Assembly (NCBI RefSeq): GCF_000143415.4
Contig: NW_003314267.1
Span: 1,952,185 to 2,016,184 of the forward strand
Reading direction: 5' to 3'
DNA from: Selaginella moellendorffii
Taxonomy: Eukaryota; Plantae; Lycopodiophyta
DNA length: 64,000 nt
Below the pieces are notes generated by a model. It did not search any database and was not told the DNA's origin. It was given only the letters and a program-made list of their open reading frames with translations. Both the position numbers and the translations under genes were made by a program. Of the stretch, positions 61,884 to 64,000 are shown in pieces; the first letter of the stretch is position 1; every line of letters begins with the position of its first letter.

Positions 61884-62898
61884 TTTTTTGCTTTTGGTTT
61901 AGCTCGTTTTGATTGTTTGATTGCCTTTGTCTTTTTTCCTTTTTTTTTTTTTCTTTCTTTCTTTTTGCCGATGGAGTCTCCAAGCCATCCTGATTTCTTT
62001 GCCGAAGTCCTTGCAAAAATCCAGTCTGAGAATACTGAGCTGAAGGCGACCCTTCTTCGCATGCAGCAGGAGCTTGCTTCACTTTCGGCTCAAGGATCTA
62101 GCAAAGTTCCTGAACCGAAGGTGAGTTTCCCGGCGAAATTTTCAGGCAAGCGTTCGGAGCTTCGCGGATTTCTGAACCAAATGGAGCTGATCTTTGCACT
62201 TCAACATCGGCGGTACCCCACTCCCGAGTCTCAAATCAGCGTGATTGGGACGTTGCTCGAAGATGCAGCTTTGTCATGGTTTTCTCCTCTTTTGGAGAAG
62301 AGCATGAAAGGGGTCGTGGTTCCAGAGCTGATGGATCTTCAATTGTTCAAAGAGAAGCTCGAAGCATGTTTTGGTGAGACAGATCGGGTTTGGGCTGCTA
62401 CCACAAAGATGAGACTCGTCTTGCCTTGATCTACGCTATAGAGTTCCAACTCCTTGCCTTGGACACTCAGTGGGATGAGCGGGCTCTGATTGACCAATTT
62501 CATTTCAGCCTCAACAACGGTGTCAAGGATTTGTTGCTCACCATGGAGGATCCCAAGGACCTGTCGGACGCCATCAACAAAGCTGTTCGATGTGACAATC
62601 ATCTATTTGAACGTCGTCAGGAAAGTCACCGTGCCACTGTTTTTCCGTCCTAGACTCAGGAATCCCAGCTTGAGTCTTTGGGGCATACTTCTGAACCTAC
62701 TGTTTCGGTCCCGATGGATATTTCTGGTACTCCCCGACTCATTAGAGGGAAGTTGAGTCCTGCTGAGAAGCAACGTCGAATATCTCATAATCTTTGCCTC
62801 TACTGTGCTGATCCTAATCACAAAGCAGCTGTGTGTCCCAAGAAGCCTCCCCGTCTGCTCGAGTTCACTCTGCCTCAAAGTCCACCTCTGTTGTAGTC

Positions 62899-62946
62899 GG
62901 GAAACGACCCTGTCCAAACAGAGTAGGAGCTGTCTATTTGGACTCC
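62899..62946 (+). promoter_or_regulatory. -1 programmed ribosomal frameshift signal
   Basis: G GGA AAC in the gag frame, 6-nt spacer, stem GTCCAAACAGA/TCTATTTGGAC; pol is in the -1 frame. Confidence 0.8.
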
Positions 62947-64000
62947 CCGAATAAAAATCATTTTTCTTCTTTATCAAGCTCCTCACCACCTTTCATTAAA
63001 GCCACCATCAATTCCCGCAACTTCCGTGTCCCATGCCTCCTTTCTTTCACCGGACAATCAGGACTCAAGGCTCTGGCGCTACTGGACTCGGGTGCAACTT
63101 CCTGCTTCATGGACACGGACTTTGTTGCCCGACATCACATTCCTCTTTCTCCTACCATACAGGATCTGAGGGTTGAAGGCATTGGCGGGCATTTTGTGTC
63201 TCCATCTTCTGGACTTAGGGAAACGTTGCCCGTTCGAGTACACATCGGGTCCACTGTCACCGATATCGCCTTCAACATCATCAATAGTAAGTCCTCCTTT
63301 GTGGTGCTCGGTCTTCCTTGGTTCCAACTACATCAACCTCAGATTTGTTAGAAGGAATTACAGCTCATCTCTCCCACATCACCATCTCCCACGGCTTCCC
63401 CTGCTGTTCATCGAGTCTGAATCAGGAAAAGTTCCCTAAACTCAAATCGGGGTTCTGTTCCTGACTCTACGAAGTTTTCACCCTCTTCTTTTTCCTCTCT
63501 TCCATCTTACACTGGACAGTATCCTCGTCTCATCATTCCATTTAGTCGTACACCTCCTCCTATCTCCACAATCACTATGAAAGAACTCCTTCATGAAGAA
63601 CCTATTTTCCTTTTTGCTTTGCATGTTTTTCCTGTCAGTCTTACTAAGAAGTATCATGATTTTGGGGATGTTCTTGACAAGAAAAAAGCTAGTGTACTGC
63701 CTGTTCATCGGCCTTATGACTGTCCCATTGATTTACAAGAAGGAGCATCACCTTCATGGGGGCCTATCTACGGGTTATCCCCGTCCAAGCTTAAGGCCCT
63801 CAAAGAGTACGTGGATGAGAACCTTGCCTTGGGATACATTCAGCATTCGCAATCCCCGGCTGGAGCGCTTGTCTTCTTTGTCAAGAAGAAGGATGGGAGT
63901 TTGCGGCTAGTCATCGATTACCGAGGTTTGAACAAGGTGACTGTTCGGAACCGTTATCCGTTGCCCCTGATCTCGGACCTGTTGGAACGCCTCGGCGGTG

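Larger units (their letters stand above)
61454..64000 (+). mobile_element. Ty3/gypsy chromovirus (Tcn1/Tf1-sushi group), mutated, continuing beyond the window
   Basis: gag from 61971 (PAKFSGKRSELRGFLNQ..., CLYCADPNHKAAVC), [20 protein letters not shown]...[17 protein letters not shown]...YPLPLI; several stops and a frameshift. Confidence 0.9.

Overview
Eukaryotic plant nuclear DNA, most likely a lycophyte such as Selaginella. This is inferred from the very short introns, compact intergenic spaces, SS-rich PLS PPR gene and Tcn1-like chromovirus. Region 1-27.2 kb: two copies of a nuclear maturase (nMAT1/2-like), Dabb gene and tRNA-iMet remnant unit. The second copy is broken by a 1-kb inversion. 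Between the copies lies a transposon nest: a Ty3/gypsy element (5997-23031) with a 12,038-bp DNA transposon (8417-20454; 24-bp TIRs, 4-bp TSD CATA, Sola-like transposase) inserted in its RT gene, and a 287-bp MITE of the same family in its 5' LTR. The 12-kb element is the most interesting object. Besides a disabled transposase it carries an apparently open ~1,620-aa spliced cargo gene with motif-level resemblance to ParB/DGQHR, a degenerate N4/N6 DNA-methyltransferase fold and an FCP1-like HAD phosphatase. It also holds about 19 copies of a 22-bp palindrome (ATGGCRTGWGGCCWCAYGCCAT) in subterminal, intergenic and intronic DNA, and the MITE retains two copies. Region 27.2-55 kb is gene-dense: PPR, LPP, At1g71730-like, ARD, PSD1, MetAP1, BolA2, F-box/CW/SNF2/RING, SKIP24-like, serine racemase and a condensation-domain gene, plus a 4.7-kb block of gene fragments between duplicated promoter copies. 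Region 55-64 kb holds decayed LTR retroelements and a Tcn1/Tf1-like chromovirus with a self-priming PBS and a GGGAAAC -1 frameshift signal. All domain calls are by-eye motif recognition, and no searches were run.
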